Shown piece after piece: positions 16,102 through 26,152 of a stretch of DNA of 32,000 nt (position 1 is its first letter; each line of letters begins with the position of its first letter). This DNA comes from Pyrobaculum aerophilum str. IM2 (lineage in GTDB: Archaea; Thermoproteota; Thermoprotei; Thermoproteales; Thermoproteaceae). The DNA is taken from positions 1,110,001-1,142,000 of the forward strand of contig NC_003364.1 in assembly GCF_000007225.1 (NCBI RefSeq), given 5' to 3'. The notes beneath the pieces were generated by a model, which saw only the letters and a program-made list of their open reading frames with translations, was not told the origin of the DNA and ran no database searches. The translations under genes were made by a program, and so were the position numbers.

Positions 16102-16886
16102 AGGCCTAGGAACTCTAAAACTGCTTTTTTCATCACAGCCCTGTCGGGCTCCACACCCAGCCATATTTTCTCGGCCTGGGCGCCCTGCTCTACCAAGAGA
16201 TCCACGCCGTCTACGACCTTTACGCCAAGCCTCTCGGCCTCTTCCACCATTTTAGTCCTCGGCGTAGGCGTGTAGACGAACTCCACGTATAGAGACGCGC
16301 CGGTGAGATCCGCAATTACTGCGTCGTGTATAGGAGTGGCGTTTATTACGACATCCGCCTTAACGGCGCCGCTCCACGGAATTGCCTCAATAGGCCTTTC
16401 GAACTTCTCCCGGAACTCCCGGGCAAGCGCCTCAGCCCTCTCCGCCGTGCGGTTTTTGACGTATATCTTTTTAGCCCCCGCCTTTATGGCGGCGAAGAGG
16501 GCGGCCCTCGCTGCTCCCCCTGCCCCCAGGATTAACACCTCTGCGCCCTCCATGTGTCCCCCCGCCAGTTTATACACGGCGTGGGCGTCTGTGTTATAGC
16601 CCACCATTAAATTCCTCTCCACCAACACCGTGTTGACCGCGCCAATTGCCCTTGCCTCCGCTGAGAGGGCGTCTAAAAACTTTACGACCTCTTCCTTATG
16701 CGGAATTGTCACGTTAAAGCCTCTGAAATTCAACCTCGCTATTTGGGCGAAACAGCCCAATTCCTCTTTAGGCACGTCTACGGCTATATAAACTGCGTTT
16801 ATGCCCAGCGCCTTGAAAGAGGCTGTGTGCATCGCCGGACTCGCCGATTTGCCCCTCACGTGCGCCCCAATCACAGCGAAGTACAT
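16098..16886 (-). CDS. aroE: Shikimate 5-dehydrogenase
   Basis: [18 protein letters not shown] and NADP-binding [13 protein letters not shown] 16886 is preferred because TTTAATTTTATATC (16905-16918) lies 19-32 nt upstream. Confidence 0.9.
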   Translation of the reverse strand: MYFAVIGAHVRGKSASPAMHTASFKALGINAVYIAVDVPKEELGCFAQIARLNFRGFNVTIPHKEEVVKFLDALSAEARAIGAVNTVLVERNLMVGYNTDAHAVYKLAGGHMEGAEVLILGAGGAARAALFAAIKAGAKKIYVKNRTAERAEALAREFREKFERPIEAIPWSGAVKADVVINATPIHDAVIADLTGASLYVEFVYTPTPRTKMVEEAERLGVKVVDGVDLLVEQGAQAEKIWLGVEPDRAVMKKAVLEFLGL

Positions 16887-16999
16887 ATACCCCAATACGA
16901 AGGGGATATAAAATTAAACAACGCCGCAGTGTAACTATTATAAAACCGTTACTCTACGCGAGCCCACAGGGCAGTTATAGGCGCCGCGTTCGCCGCAAG

Positions 17000-17634
17000 G
17001 TGGTGCTGGGCTCCCGCTATTTTATTGATAGATGTACGCTAGGCTTTCCAGCGGCTAAGGTCAGCTCCTCCTCAACGCCCTTTGGATACGTCAGCGCCAA
17101 ACACTGCGTGGGTGACTGGCCTTGGGTAGATATCTACCAGCCGAGGGGCACCGACGACCAAAACCACATCGGATGGCCAGAAGCCCGCAGTAATAATCCA
17201 GATGCCTTTGTCATTAGAGTTAAAGATACGTCGTGGGTAAGCAACCAGATAGTGTCGTTGCCATCGGGCTATCGCTTCAAGATAGCAGGCTATTTAAGCA
17301 ACGACGTTATAAACGGAAGCGATAGAAATAAGTTATACCAGAAGACAGGCAGATCCACCCTTACCACAGCTGGCTACAACTTAGGACTTAAGACTGTTTG
17401 GATAGATGGGTATATAAAAGTGGTAGGGGTGTTAGATTACAATGGCGTTGAACGAAAAAAGATGATTGTAAAAATACTTGGGTCATTGCGGGGCAGGGCG
17501 ATAGCGGAGGTCCGGTATTTAAGACTGTGGGCGATATGGCGTATGTCGCTGGCATAGCGTTTGCCATTGATGGCTGTTGTTGGAACATACAAATATGGGA
17601 TGGATCAACAATACGTTGTGATACATTACTTTAG
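17000..17634 (+). pseudogene. S1-family (chymotrypsin/alpha-lytic-like) serine protease, frameshifted
   Basis: His motif SAKHC and Asp motif DAFVIRV lie in ORF 17000-17557. The Ser motif GQGDSGGPV is encoded at 17494-17517 in a different frame that stays open to the TAG at 17632-17634. The frames join at an A6 run (17455-17460). No signal peptide or pro-region is visible upstream. Confidence 0.8.
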
Positions 17635-17678
17635 ACTTAAGATAATATCGCAAGGGCATTGGGGGTAGTGGGCTGGCG

Positions 17679-18632
17679 ATGAGAGGCGTATTGTTGATCT
17701 TAGTTCTCTCATCTTTGGCCTTTGCTGGGGTGTTGTATATCGACGTCGCAAAACATATGCAAGTAGTGGAGGTGGAGACTAAATGCGGCAACATTTACAT
17801 AGCGCCAGTGGAGTTCCACCCGTCGGAAAGACTAAAGGTCAACCCGCCGTTTATAGACGACGCCAATGTGACTGCCATGAGAATCGCGGCGGAAAAGGCC
17901 GAGGTGGAGATGAGAAAAAGATACGGCGAGAACTGGCGCAACGTCACGGACCCCCGGGAGAGGTGGTGGAGGGAGTTTGAATACAACGGCACTAGGGTCA
18001 ACGCCCTCATTCAGATTTCAGATGAGCTATCTAAAGTCTTTGTGGAGGAGCTCAGCAAAAGCGGCGTTTTAGTGTACTACGCAAATTTAGTCCCGGGCCG
18101 CCTCCCCGGCGATAAAAAGGCCTTTGGGACAATGCTAGGCTATATACATCACAAGGGCGACGTGGAGGAGATGCTGAGAATAGCCAGGGAGCTGTCCAGG
18201 CAGTACAACGTCTCCGTAGTCATCTTCAACTACCCCGAGATTAAATTCCGCGCCTGGTGTAATATCACCGCGGGCCTATTAGTGGAAGAGGTAAATCGCT
18301 TGAACCTGCCCGTGTGGGGGAGGCCCAGGCAAGGCGTGATGAGCCTCGGCGGCCCGTTGACTGGCCTCTCGCCTATATACGGCGACGCGTGGGCCTTATT
18401 GCACTTCTACCCCGTGGAACAGCCTACTCCTAAGGAGTGGGAGGAGATTAAGAAATACCTAAGCGACACTAGGCTTGCCTATACTATAATCTTCTACTCC
18501 GAGAGAGAGGCGCCGCTGCTTCAAATAACCCCGCTTGCGGAAACAAATACGGGAGGGTGGCTAATACTTTTAGCGATTTTAGCCGCCGTTGCCGCCGGGG
18601 TTGTTATTGCGATACTCATGCTTAGCCGGTAA
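17679..18632 (+). CDS. Secreted, C-terminally membrane-anchored protein with N-glycosylation sequons; function unknown
   Basis: N-terminal hydrophobic signal MRGVLLILVLSSLAFAG. C-terminal TM helix WLILLAILAAVAAGVVIAILMLSR. Five N-x-S/T sequons (NVT, NVT, NGT, NVS, NIT). Confidence 0.6.
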   Translation: MRGVLLILVLSSLAFAGVLYIDVAKHMQVVEVETKCGNIYIAPVEFHPSERLKVNPPFIDDANVTAMRIAAEKAEVEMRKRYGENWRNVTDPRERWWREFEYNGTRVNALIQISDELSKVFVEELSKSGVLVYYANLVPGRLPGDKKAFGTMLGYIHHKGDVEEMLRIARELSRQYNVSVVIFNYPEIKFRAWCNITAGLLVEEVNRLNLPVWGRPRQGVMSLGGPLTGLSPIYGDAWALLHFYPVEQPTPKEWEEIKKYLSDTRLAYTIIFYSEREAPLLQITPLAETNTGGWLILLAILAAVAAGVVIAILMLSR

Positions 18633-18675
18633 AGAATTTAAAGCCTTTTTGATTTTCCTCTTATGCGTCCCCCAG

Positions 18676-19392
18676 TTGACAGCAGGGGTTATCGGCGCCG
18701 GTAAACTGGGCTCACAAATTGCGCTTAGACTACACGGCAATAGCGTTAGAGTTATCGCCTCTGTCAAGACCGAGAGGTCGAGGCAGAGGCTCAGCGCCCT
18801 TGGGCTTGAGGTGTACACGGACAATAAAATAGTGGTTGAGAACAGCGACGTGCTGTTCCTGGCGGTTAAGCCGGCTAACTTGGCGGAGTTGAATTTCTAC
18901 GTCGACAAGCCGCTTATATCCTTTGTGGCGGGGGCGACGCTGGAGTATTTAAAGAGGCTTTCCGCGAGGCCCTATAGGGCGATGACTAACGTGGGCTTGA
19001 CGGCTATAGCAGTCGCCGGGCCTTACGACGAGGAGGTGAACAAGCTCTTGAGCTACATAGCGCCTACTTTTTGGGTGGAGGAGAGGTTAATAGACCCGCT
19101 TACTGTACTGCTCGGCTCGGGGCCGGCAATTGTCGCGGAACTCGCCCTGGCTCTTATAAGAGCCGGCGTAAATATAGGCATTCCGTGGGATTTATCTAGG
19201 GAGATAGTGCTGTCGTTAATGGCAAGCCTCCCGTCTCTTGACGACAAGTTCTCAATGGAGAAACTGGCGCAGTACGTGGCGACTCCCGGCGGCACTACAA
19301 TAAAAGCCCTTGTGGAGTTGTCCCCGGCCGGCCAGTTAGTGGGCAGGGCCGTGGAAGAGGCCTATTTAAGAATTTCAAAACTCCGACAGTAG
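18676..19392 (+). CDS. proC: Pyrroline-5-carboxylate reductase
   Basis: GVIGAGKLGSQIA Rossmann start and VATPGGTTIKAL near the C-terminus. TTG 18676 is preferred over track start 18589, which overlaps the upstream gene. Confidence 0.85.
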   Translation: MTAGVIGAGKLGSQIALRLHGNSVRVIASVKTERSRQRLSALGLEVYTDNKIVVENSDVLFLAVKPANLAELNFYVDKPLISFVAGATLEYLKRLSARPYRAMTNVGLTAIAVAGPYDEEVNKLLSYIAPTFWVEERLIDPLTVLLGSGPAIVAELALALIRAGVNIGIPWDLSREIVLSLMASLPSLDDKFSMEKLAQYVATPGGTTIKALVELSPAGQLVGRAVEEAYLRISKLRQ

Positions 19393-19785
19393 TCTCTCCA
19401 ACACTTCTCTAGTTGTTTTTGTTAATTCCATCTGCAACGCCTCCTTAATTGGTACTATAACTGCGTCGGCCGCATCGTCTGAAGCCCTCGGCTCGGCGTC
19501 TTCTAACAGCTCCACCAAATAGACAAGGATAATAAAGTGGTATTTCACCCTGTCCCCCTCCCGCTCGATGTATTCCACTGGCTGGAGGAATTTTACAACC
19601 CTCCCTGCAAGTCCGGTCTCTTCTTTCAACTCCCTCAGGACAGCCTCCTCTAGCCTCTCCCCCAGCTCCACGTGCCCCCCAGGGAGGCTCCACTTCCCTG
19701 GGTTCGGCGGGTATTTCCGCTTCACTAGCACTATTTTGCCGTTTTTCACAGCCGCCGCGGCAACGGCGACAGCCGGCTTTTGCAC
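19375..19785 (-). CDS. Nudix hydrolase
   Basis: Nudix box GGHVELGERLEEAVLRELKEETGL. Confidence 0.9.
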   Translation of the reverse strand: MQKPAVAVAAAAVKNGKIVLVKRKYPPNPGKWSLPGGHVELGERLEEAVLRELKEETGLAGRVVKFLQPVEYIEREGDRVKYHFIILVYLVELLEDAEPRASDDAADAVIVPIKEALQMELTKTTREVLERLLSEF

Positions 19786-19832
19786 CGTCTTTCGATATTT
19801 AATGTTTTTAAGCTCTTATATACGGATGGCAT

Positions 19833-20948
19833 ATGTTTGACAAAATTAAACCGATGACAGTAGGCCAGGAGAGGGCTGTTAACGTGTTAAAAGACCCCGA
19901 CAACGAGCTGGTGGGACTCTTCGGGCCCACCGGCACTGGCAAGTCGCTCATTAGTATTGCGTACGGCTTATGGGCCGTGGAGAACGGCAGGGCGAAGAGG
20001 TTTATTATAGCGAGGCCAATAGTAGACGTCGCAACGGGTGAGATCCTCACGCCGGAGAAATTAGGCGAAATGTACTACAAAATTGCCTCGGCATATTTAG
20101 AGGACATCCTCGGCCCATATGCTGACAGGGAATACATTAACAAATTGTTAAAAGAAGAGAAGGTCATTGTCACAGACGTATCTTACTTAAGAGGGCGTAC
20201 TTTTGACGAGAGCGTTATATTTCTAGACGACGCGCAAAACGTAAGGCCTGAAAGCGCGGCGGAGATTTTAATTAGGCTCGGTAGGGGGAGTAGATTAATT
20301 GTGGCTGGGGATCCCATTTTTCAAAAACCCGCAGACTCGGAAAAAGACGGGGCAACTCTCCTAAGAGAGGCCCTTTTGGGGGAGGAGAAGGCCGAGGTGG
20401 TGGACTTAGGCGTTAAAGATATCGTTAGGCCCGGCGCGAGGCGCGGCATAAAGCTGGCCTTAGAGTTGCGCATGAGAAAACGCCAGCTTTCAGAGACTGA
20501 GAAGTATATATACGAAACGGCGAGGATCTTCGCCCCAGACGCCGATATAATAACTGCAATTGAGTTCAAGGCAGATAAAGACTCCCTGGGGATAAGGGGG
20601 GAGAACGTGCCCGACGCCATTGTAGTTGTAAAAGAGGGGCAATTGGGCAGAGTTGTGGGCCGCGGCGGCGAGCGTATTAAAATGATAGAGGGCGAGGCGG
20701 GGGCAAGGCTGAGGCTGTTGGAAATGTCTCTCGACTTTAAACAATGGGTGAGGGCGATACACCCTGTGGGGTGGATTTATAAACATATTGTAGACGCAGA
20801 CTTCGCAGGCCCCGAGCTACAAGTACAAGTGAGGAAGAGCGAGTTCGGCGCCTTTATAGGCCAGAGGGGGGCCTACGTCCGTCTAGTGGACAGGGTTTTC
20901 AGGAGACTGCTCGGAATAGGCGTTAGGGCTGTTGAGGCCGAGGAATAA
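19833..20948 (+). CDS. PhoH-like ATPase with two C-terminal KH-type (GxxG) RNA-binding modules
   Basis: Walker A GPTGTGKS and Walker B VIFLDDAQN. KH-like VVGRGGERIKMIE and FIGQRGAYVRLV. Confidence 0.8.
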   Translation: MFDKIKPMTVGQERAVNVLKDPDNELVGLFGPTGTGKSLISIAYGLWAVENGRAKRFIIARPIVDVATGEILTPEKLGEMYYKIASAYLEDILGPYADREYINKLLKEEKVIVTDVSYLRGRTFDESVIFLDDAQNVRPESAAEILIRLGRGSRLIVAGDPIFQKPADSEKDGATLLREALLGEEKAEVVDLGVKDIVRPGARRGIKLALELRMRKRQLSETEKYIYETARIFAPDADIITAIEFKADKDSLGIRGENVPDAIVVVKEGQLGRVVGRGGERIKMIEGEAGARLRLLEMSLDFKQWVRAIHPVGWIYKHIVDADFAGPELQVQVRKSEFGAFIGQRGAYVRLVDRVFRRLLGIGVRAVEAEE

Positions 20949-20975
20949 ATAAAAAGCGGGTTTATTCCTCTCCTT

Positions 20976-21968
20976 ATGAAGGCGTACGTATTGAGAAATT
21001 TCAAAGAACTCGTCTTGTCTGAAGTCGATAGGCCGAAGCCGGGGCCTGGAAGGGCGGTGGTGAAAATCGTCGCGGCTGGCGTTTGTTATAGAGATTTCCT
21101 TGGGTGGCAGGGCTTTCAGCGAGTAAAACTCCCCCTAATTGCTGGCCACGAATTCGCCGGCGTGGTGGAGGAAGTTGGCGAAGGAGTGTCGGAGTTTAAA
21201 CCGGGCGATGCCGTTGCGGGCATGATGTATGAATATTGCGGGGAGTGCGAGTATTGTAAATCGGGTAGGGAGTATTTATGTAAAAACAGGAAAATCTACG
21301 GCGAGGATCTCCCCGGGGCCTTTGCCGAATACATCTCAGTAGATCAGAAGTCTCTTGTGAAAATCCCGCCTGGCGTGTCCTTCGAGGCGGCCTCTTACGC
21401 CGCGTGCGTCTTGTCCACAGTGGTGAGGGGGGCTAGGAAAATCGGCGTCTCCCCCGGCCGCCAAATTCTCGTCACTGGCGCGGGCGGCGGCGTGGGGGTA
21501 CACGCAGTACAAGTGGTCAAGGCCTACGGGGCCAGGGTAATAGCCGTGACTTCTCCATCCAAGGCTGAATACGTGGCTAAATTCGCAGATTATGTAATTA
21601 CCAACAAGGCGTTTTCCGATGAGGTTAAAAAATTGGGCGGCGCCGACGGCGCAATAGAAGCAGTGGGAGGGCCCACATTAGAACAGACGCTTAGGTCGTT
21701 GAACTGGGGGGCCAAGGTGGCGTTAATTGGCAATGTAGACCCCCAGCCTGCCCCCATCCCCCTCGGCATTTTAATACTTAAGGAAATTGACGTGCTCCCA
21801 GTCATACAGGGGTCTAAGGCTGACTTACAAGAGGCGTTGCGGCTTTTGGCCTCCGGCGCCGTAAAGCCCGTCTACACAGTCCACGGCTTTTCTGATATTC
21901 CAAGGCTTTTAGAAGAGACGCCTAAAGCGTCTCACGTTGGGAGGCGGGTGGTTAAGATGAGCACTTAA
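20976..21968 (+). CDS. Zinc-dependent alcohol dehydrogenase (MDR family)
   Basis: GHEFAGVVEEVGEGV, structural-zinc cysteines CGECEYCKSGREYLC, and GAGGGVG. Confidence 0.9.
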   Translation: MKAYVLRNFKELVLSEVDRPKPGPGRAVVKIVAAGVCYRDFLGWQGFQRVKLPLIAGHEFAGVVEEVGEGVSEFKPGDAVAGMMYEYCGECEYCKSGREYLCKNRKIYGEDLPGAFAEYISVDQKSLVKIPPGVSFEAASYAACVLSTVVRGARKIGVSPGRQILVTGAGGGVGVHAVQVVKAYGARVIAVTSPSKAEYVAKFADYVITNKAFSDEVKKLGGADGAIEAVGGPTLEQTLRSLNWGAKVALIGNVDPQPAPIPLGILILKEIDVLPVIQGSKADLQEALRLLASGAVKPVYTVHGFSDIPRLLEETPKASHVGRRVVKMST

Positions 21969-22025
21969 CCCCCCTGCGCCGCCACCAAGTGTAAATTATA
22001 ATTCCGGCGAGCAACGCAGCGGAGA

Positions 22026-22970
22026 TTAACGTGTCTGCCATAGCTCTTTAGCCAAATCCTCCGCGGTTTTTCTCACCGCCTCGCCGCTTGTCATTGTCGG
22101 CCTCCAGCCCGTCATTTTCATTAGTTTTGTAATAGAAAGAGTCATGTATTTAACGTCGCCGGGCCACCCGCGGCCGTCTGGAGTAGTTGGGACGAGTTTA
22201 ATCTCAGGCCTTAAGCCGAGGACTTCGGCGACTATTTGAGCTATGTCGAGCACTTTAATTGCGTCTAAATTGCCCACGTTTAGGGCTAGGAAAGGCTCTT
22301 TTATTTCCTCGAATTTTTTCCACGCCAGTATTGTGGCGTCAATTGCGTCTTTTATATAGAGGTAGCTTTTCCTCTGAGTGCCATCGCCTAAGACTTCGAG
22401 GACATTTGGATTTCTCTTAAGCTTCATGATAAAGTCATAAATCACGCCGTGGCGGAGCCGCGGCCCTATAATATTAGCATATCTAATAGCAAGGCATTTA
22501 ACGCCGTAAAGCCTCGCATAAGTGGCGCACATAACCTCTCCCGCGGCCTTCGCCGCTCCATATACAGAAATGGGCTTGTAAGGCGCCTCTTCCGGCGTTG
22601 GGATCACCTCGGCGTCGCCGTAAACTGTCGAGGAAGAGGCAAATATCACGGACTTAACGCCGGTTTGCCTGGCCCACTCCAATACGTTAAATGTGGCCAA
22701 CACGTTTTCATTAAAATGCACAACGGGCTCAGTGGTGGACAGGCGTACCTCTGGGTTTGCCGCAAAGTGAAAAACGACGTCTCCGCGTATCCCAACGCCC
22801 CAGTCGCTTTCTTTTAAATCTCTGATATACAGCTCGGCTGCCTTATTGACAAACTCCCTTCTTCCGCTGGATAAATTGTCCACGACAACAACCTCATGTC
22901 CCTCTTCCACTAGCCTATCCACTAAATGGCTGCCTATAAACCCAGCGCCGCCCGTGACCACAATTCTCAT
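22026..22970 (-). CDS. NAD-dependent nucleotide-sugar epimerase/dehydratase (extended SDR)
   Basis: VTGGAGFIGSHLVDRL and catalytic YGAAK. Own TATA at 22988-22999 (minus-strand ATATATAAAACC). Confidence 0.9.
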   Translation of the reverse strand: MRIVVTGGAGFIGSHLVDRLVEEGHEVVVVDNLSSGRREFVNKAAELYIRDLKESDWGVGIRGDVVFHFAANPEVRLSTTEPVVHFNENVLATFNVLEWARQTGVKSVIFASSSTVYGDAEVIPTPEEAPYKPISVYGAAKAAGEVMCATYARLYGVKCLAIRYANIIGPRLRHGVIYDFIMKLKRNPNVLEVLGDGTQRKSYLYIKDAIDATILAWKKFEEIKEPFLALNVGNLDAIKVLDIAQIVAEVLGLRPEIKLVPTTPDGRGWPGDVKYMTLSITKLMKMTGWRPTMTSGEAVRKTAEDLAKELWQTR

Positions 22971-22999
22971 GTGGCGGCTCTACGCAGTGGTTTTATATA

Positions 23000-24208
23000 T
23001 TACTCGCTTATAAAATAAAGCACGGCGGCGGGCCACGATTTAGCCACTGGGCTGATGTCGTCAACACAACCGCCCACTATTTTTGAAGCGGCCAGCGCCA
23101 TGAGGCCAATTCTGTGGTCGCCGTGTGAGCTAAACGCCACGTCCCTCCTCTTGGGCGGGCCTTTGATATAAATTGCGTCTTTTTCATGGCGCACTTGCAC
23201 GCCGAGTCTCTCCAACACGTCAATAACTGTGGCTATCCTATTGCTTTCCTTATAGCGCAATGTCTCCACGCCTCTTATTGTCGACTCCTCCTCAACCATG
23301 CCCGCCGCCAAGGCGGTGGGCATGACTAAATCGGGATTGTCGCTTAAATTTACGTCAATACCCCGGTAAAATCCCCCCTTGGCCCTAACCCAACCCTCCC
23401 CCGTAGTTATATCAACGCCCATAGCCTTGAACGCATTGACAAGCGGCTCGTCGAGTTTAGAGAGGGGGCCCCGGATCTCGACCTCTCCCCCCGTCGCCAC
23501 ACCGGCTACTACTAAAAACGCCGAGAGGCTGAAATCGCCCGGCACGGCCAACTTACCCGGGCTCTTCATCCTGCCCCCGACTTCTATATACTCTCCCAGT
23601 TTCACCTCAGCTCTAAACGCTCTCAATACCTCTGCCGTCGCCTCTACAAAACTCCAAGACTTCCTCTCGCCGAGGGGCTTAATGACGCCGCCACTGCCCA
23701 CAGCCGCGAGAAACATGAGCCCGGATATATACTGCGACGATATGTCGGCCCTAATCTCCACCTCAAGGCGTCCCAGCTCCTTTCCTTTAATTATTACGGC
23801 GCCTGGCAACTTGACCACCTCTGTGAGTTTTCTCAATACCTCTATCAATTCGTCGATAGGCCTCCCCCTCAGCGTGCCGCCGAAATATACGGCGGTTAGC
23901 CCTGGTATTCCGGCATATACCGATACGGCTGTTCTTAACGTGAACCCGCTCTCCCCCACGTTAAAAGCCCTGTAAAAATCCGGCTCTCTCCGGGATACAA
24001 CTGCCCTGTCCCCCTTGATTAGTATAGAGGAAATGGGCTGTACGGCTCTCGCCGTGGCCACCACATCGTCGCTCCACTCAATTCTCGTAATTTCAGTCTC
24101 GCCCTCGGCTAGCGCCGCGGCTAGGAGATACCTCTGCGACATCGGCTTTGAAGGAGGCGATTGGAACCTCCCCTCAAGCCGTCCGGCCTTGAGGCACAAC
24201 ATACTCAA
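23000..24208 (-). CDS. aroA: 3-phosphoshikimate 1-carboxyvinyltransferase (EPSP synthase)
   Basis: [23 protein letters not shown] and family-wide similarity. Overlaps the aroB 3' end. Confidence 0.9.
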   Translation of the reverse strand: MSMLCLKAGRLEGRFQSPPSKPMSQRYLLAAALAEGETEITRIEWSDDVVATARAVQPISSILIKGDRAVVSRREPDFYRAFNVGESGFTLRTAVSVYAGIPGLTAVYFGGTLRGRPIDELIEVLRKLTEVVKLPGAVIIKGKELGRLEVEIRADISSQYISGLMFLAAVGSGGVIKPLGERKSWSFVEATAEVLRAFRAEVKLGEYIEVGGRMKSPGKLAVPGDFSLSAFLVVAGVATGGEVEIRGPLSKLDEPLVNAFKAMGVDITTGEGWVRAKGGFYRGIDVNLSDNPDLVMPTALAAGMVEEESTIRGVETLRYKESNRIATVIDVLERLGVQVRHEKDAIYIKGPPKRRDVAFSSHGDHRIGLMALAASKIVGGCVDDISPVAKSWPAAVLYFISE

Positions 24209-25211
24209 CTGCGCGGGCGACCTCCTCTACTCTTAGCCTTTCAAGGATCCACTTGCCCGGCCTTATCACTAGGGGGAGGTATACGTAATCCCTGCGTCTT
24301 TTCTTGTCGTATTTAATAAGGCCCTTTGCGGCGGCCAGTTGCTCGCTGGACAGCCCAGCCTCAGTGGGCAGTTCAAACGCCTTTAATAACGACTTAGTCT
24401 CCTCGACATATTTCTCCCTTAAATATCCCAGCTCGGCCGAAAGGCGTAGCTCTGCCGCAATTCCTAAAGACACAGCTTCGCCGTGTAAAAGACCTAACAC
24501 GCGCTCTAATGCGTGGCCAACTGTGTGCCCCACGTTTAACACCTGTCTAATTCCCCTCTCCTCAAATTCGTCGGCCTCCACGACGGAGGCTTTGAGTTTA
24601 AGCGAGCGGTAGACCGCCTCCTCCAGCGCGTCTTCCCCTCTGTTTAACAAAGCCGTTGTGCTCTGGCGTAGCCAGCTGTAAAACTCCTCGTCAAGGGCAA
24701 GCCCGTATTTCACCACTTCAGCAAAAGCAGAGCGGTAAACCCGCGGGGGGAGGGAGCGGAGCCACTCTAAGTCGCATAATATCGCCTTAGGCTGGTAGAA
24801 CACGCCGACGAGGTTTTTCACAAGCCCCCAGTCAACAGCCCCCTTCCCCCCAAGCGCCGCGTCTACCATGGCCAGGAGAGTAGTCGGCACTTGTACAAGG
24901 CCGATGCCCCTCATATACGTCCCGGCGGCAAAGGTGGCTAAGTCGAGCAACGCCCCGCCCCCCACGGCCACTAAAGTACTCCCCCTGTCAGCCTCCGCCT
25001 CTTGCAGAAATACATATACTTTGCTGAGCGCCTCTAGGGACTTAACTCCCTCCCCGCCCTTAAGCGCCAGAGCGGGGGCGTTTGGCAAGGGGTTTTCAAG
25101 CCCCTCCTCAATTAACACCACAGGCCTCTCGACGTATTTATCATAGGGAATCCCTCTGCCGACTACAACTTCTGTCACTCCTCTGCTGTGAGTATAAAAG
25201 AAGCGCCTCAT
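24174..25211 (-). CDS. aroB: 3-dehydroquinate synthase
   Basis: [48 protein letters not shown] overlap with the transketolase C stop (25208-25211). Confidence 0.9.
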   Translation of the reverse strand: MRRFFYTHSRGVTEVVVGRGIPYDKYVERPVVLIEEGLENPLPNAPALALKGGEGVKSLEALSKVYVFLQEAEADRGSTLVAVGGGALLDLATFAAGTYMRGIGLVQVPTTLLAMVDAALGGKGAVDWGLVKNLVGVFYQPKAILCDLEWLRSLPPRVYRSAFAEVVKYGLALDEEFYSWLRQSTTALLNRGEDALEEAVYRSLKLKASVVEADEFEERGIRQVLNVGHTVGHALERVLGLLHGEAVSLGIAAELRLSAELGYLREKYVEETKSLLKAFELPTEAGLSSEQLAAAKGLIKYDKKRRRDYVYLPLVIRPGKWILERLRVEEVARAVEYVVPQGRTA

Positions 25212-26152
25212 TTTAATTTGACGAGCTCCTCGGCTCTCGCCGCGATGTTTTCCGGCGTCAGGCCGAAGTACTGGTAAAGCTCCTGCGGGCTTTTCGCAGT
25301 CCTCCCGTAGGACTTCAACCCCATAATGGCCATTTTCGTCGGCCTAGTCTGAGAGAGGTACTCCGCAATTGCCGAGCCGAAGCCTCCGTATACCATATGC
25401 TCCTCAACTGTCAACACAGCCCCCGTCACAGAGGCGTATTTCTCCACCGCCGCGTAATCAAGCGGCTTTATAGTGGGGAAGTGCACTACGGCTGCCGATA
25501 TCCCCCTGTCTTTTAAAAACTGGGCGGCCTCAATGGCGAAGGGGAGCACCACCCCAGTGGTGAAAATAGCAACATCGCTTCCATCTAACACAACATAGGC
25601 CTTGCCGATTTCAAATTTGTCGTATAGGCCGCAAGTGACAGGTATGTGGAAATCCCTGCCCACTCTAATATACGCCGGCCCTTTTAAAGTGGCAGAGGCC
25701 GTAACTGCCTTATAAACCTCGCAGGAGTCCGCAGGCGCCATTACTGTGAAATTGGGCAACACGCGGAAAAGCGCTATGTCCTCAAGGGCTTGGTGGGAAG
25801 GGCCGTCGTATGCGTCGGCAAAGCCCGCGTGAGTCCCCACCAGTCTCACGGGCAACGCCAGTCTGTCTACTGAGTTTCTAGCCTGTTCCCACCCCCTGGT
25901 CATAAAAGCGGCGAAAGTCAAGGCGTATGGCATAAAGCCAGCGAGGGCGAGCCCAGCCGCTATCCCCACTAGAGACTGCTCGGCTATCCCCACGTTGAAA
26001 AACCTCTCTGGGTGCCTCTCAGCGAATAACTTCGCCCTTGTGGTCTCCCCGGTGTCTGCCACGAGGACGACCACGTCGCTTCTCAAATCGCCTAAATCCG
26101 CCAGCGCCTTTCCCAGCGCCTCTCTAGGCGTCAAAGACTCAATATCTAGCAT
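25208..26152 (-). CDS. Transketolase, C-terminal (pyrimidine-binding) subunit
   Basis: [19 protein letters not shown] pattern and length typical of split archaeal transketolase. Confidence 0.9.
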   Translation of the reverse strand: MLDIESLTPREALGKALADLGDLRSDVVVLVADTGETTRAKLFAERHPERFFNVGIAEQSLVGIAAGLALAGFMPYALTFAAFMTRGWEQARNSVDRLALPVRLVGTHAGFADAYDGPSHQALEDIALFRVLPNFTVMAPADSCEVYKAVTASATLKGPAYIRVGRDFHIPVTCGLYDKFEIGKAYVVLDGSDVAIFTTGVVLPFAIEAAQFLKDRGISAAVVHFPTIKPLDYAAVEKYASVTGAVLTVEEHMVYGGFGSAIAEYLSQTRPTKMAIMGLKSYGRTAKSPQELYQYFGLTPENIAARAEELVKLK

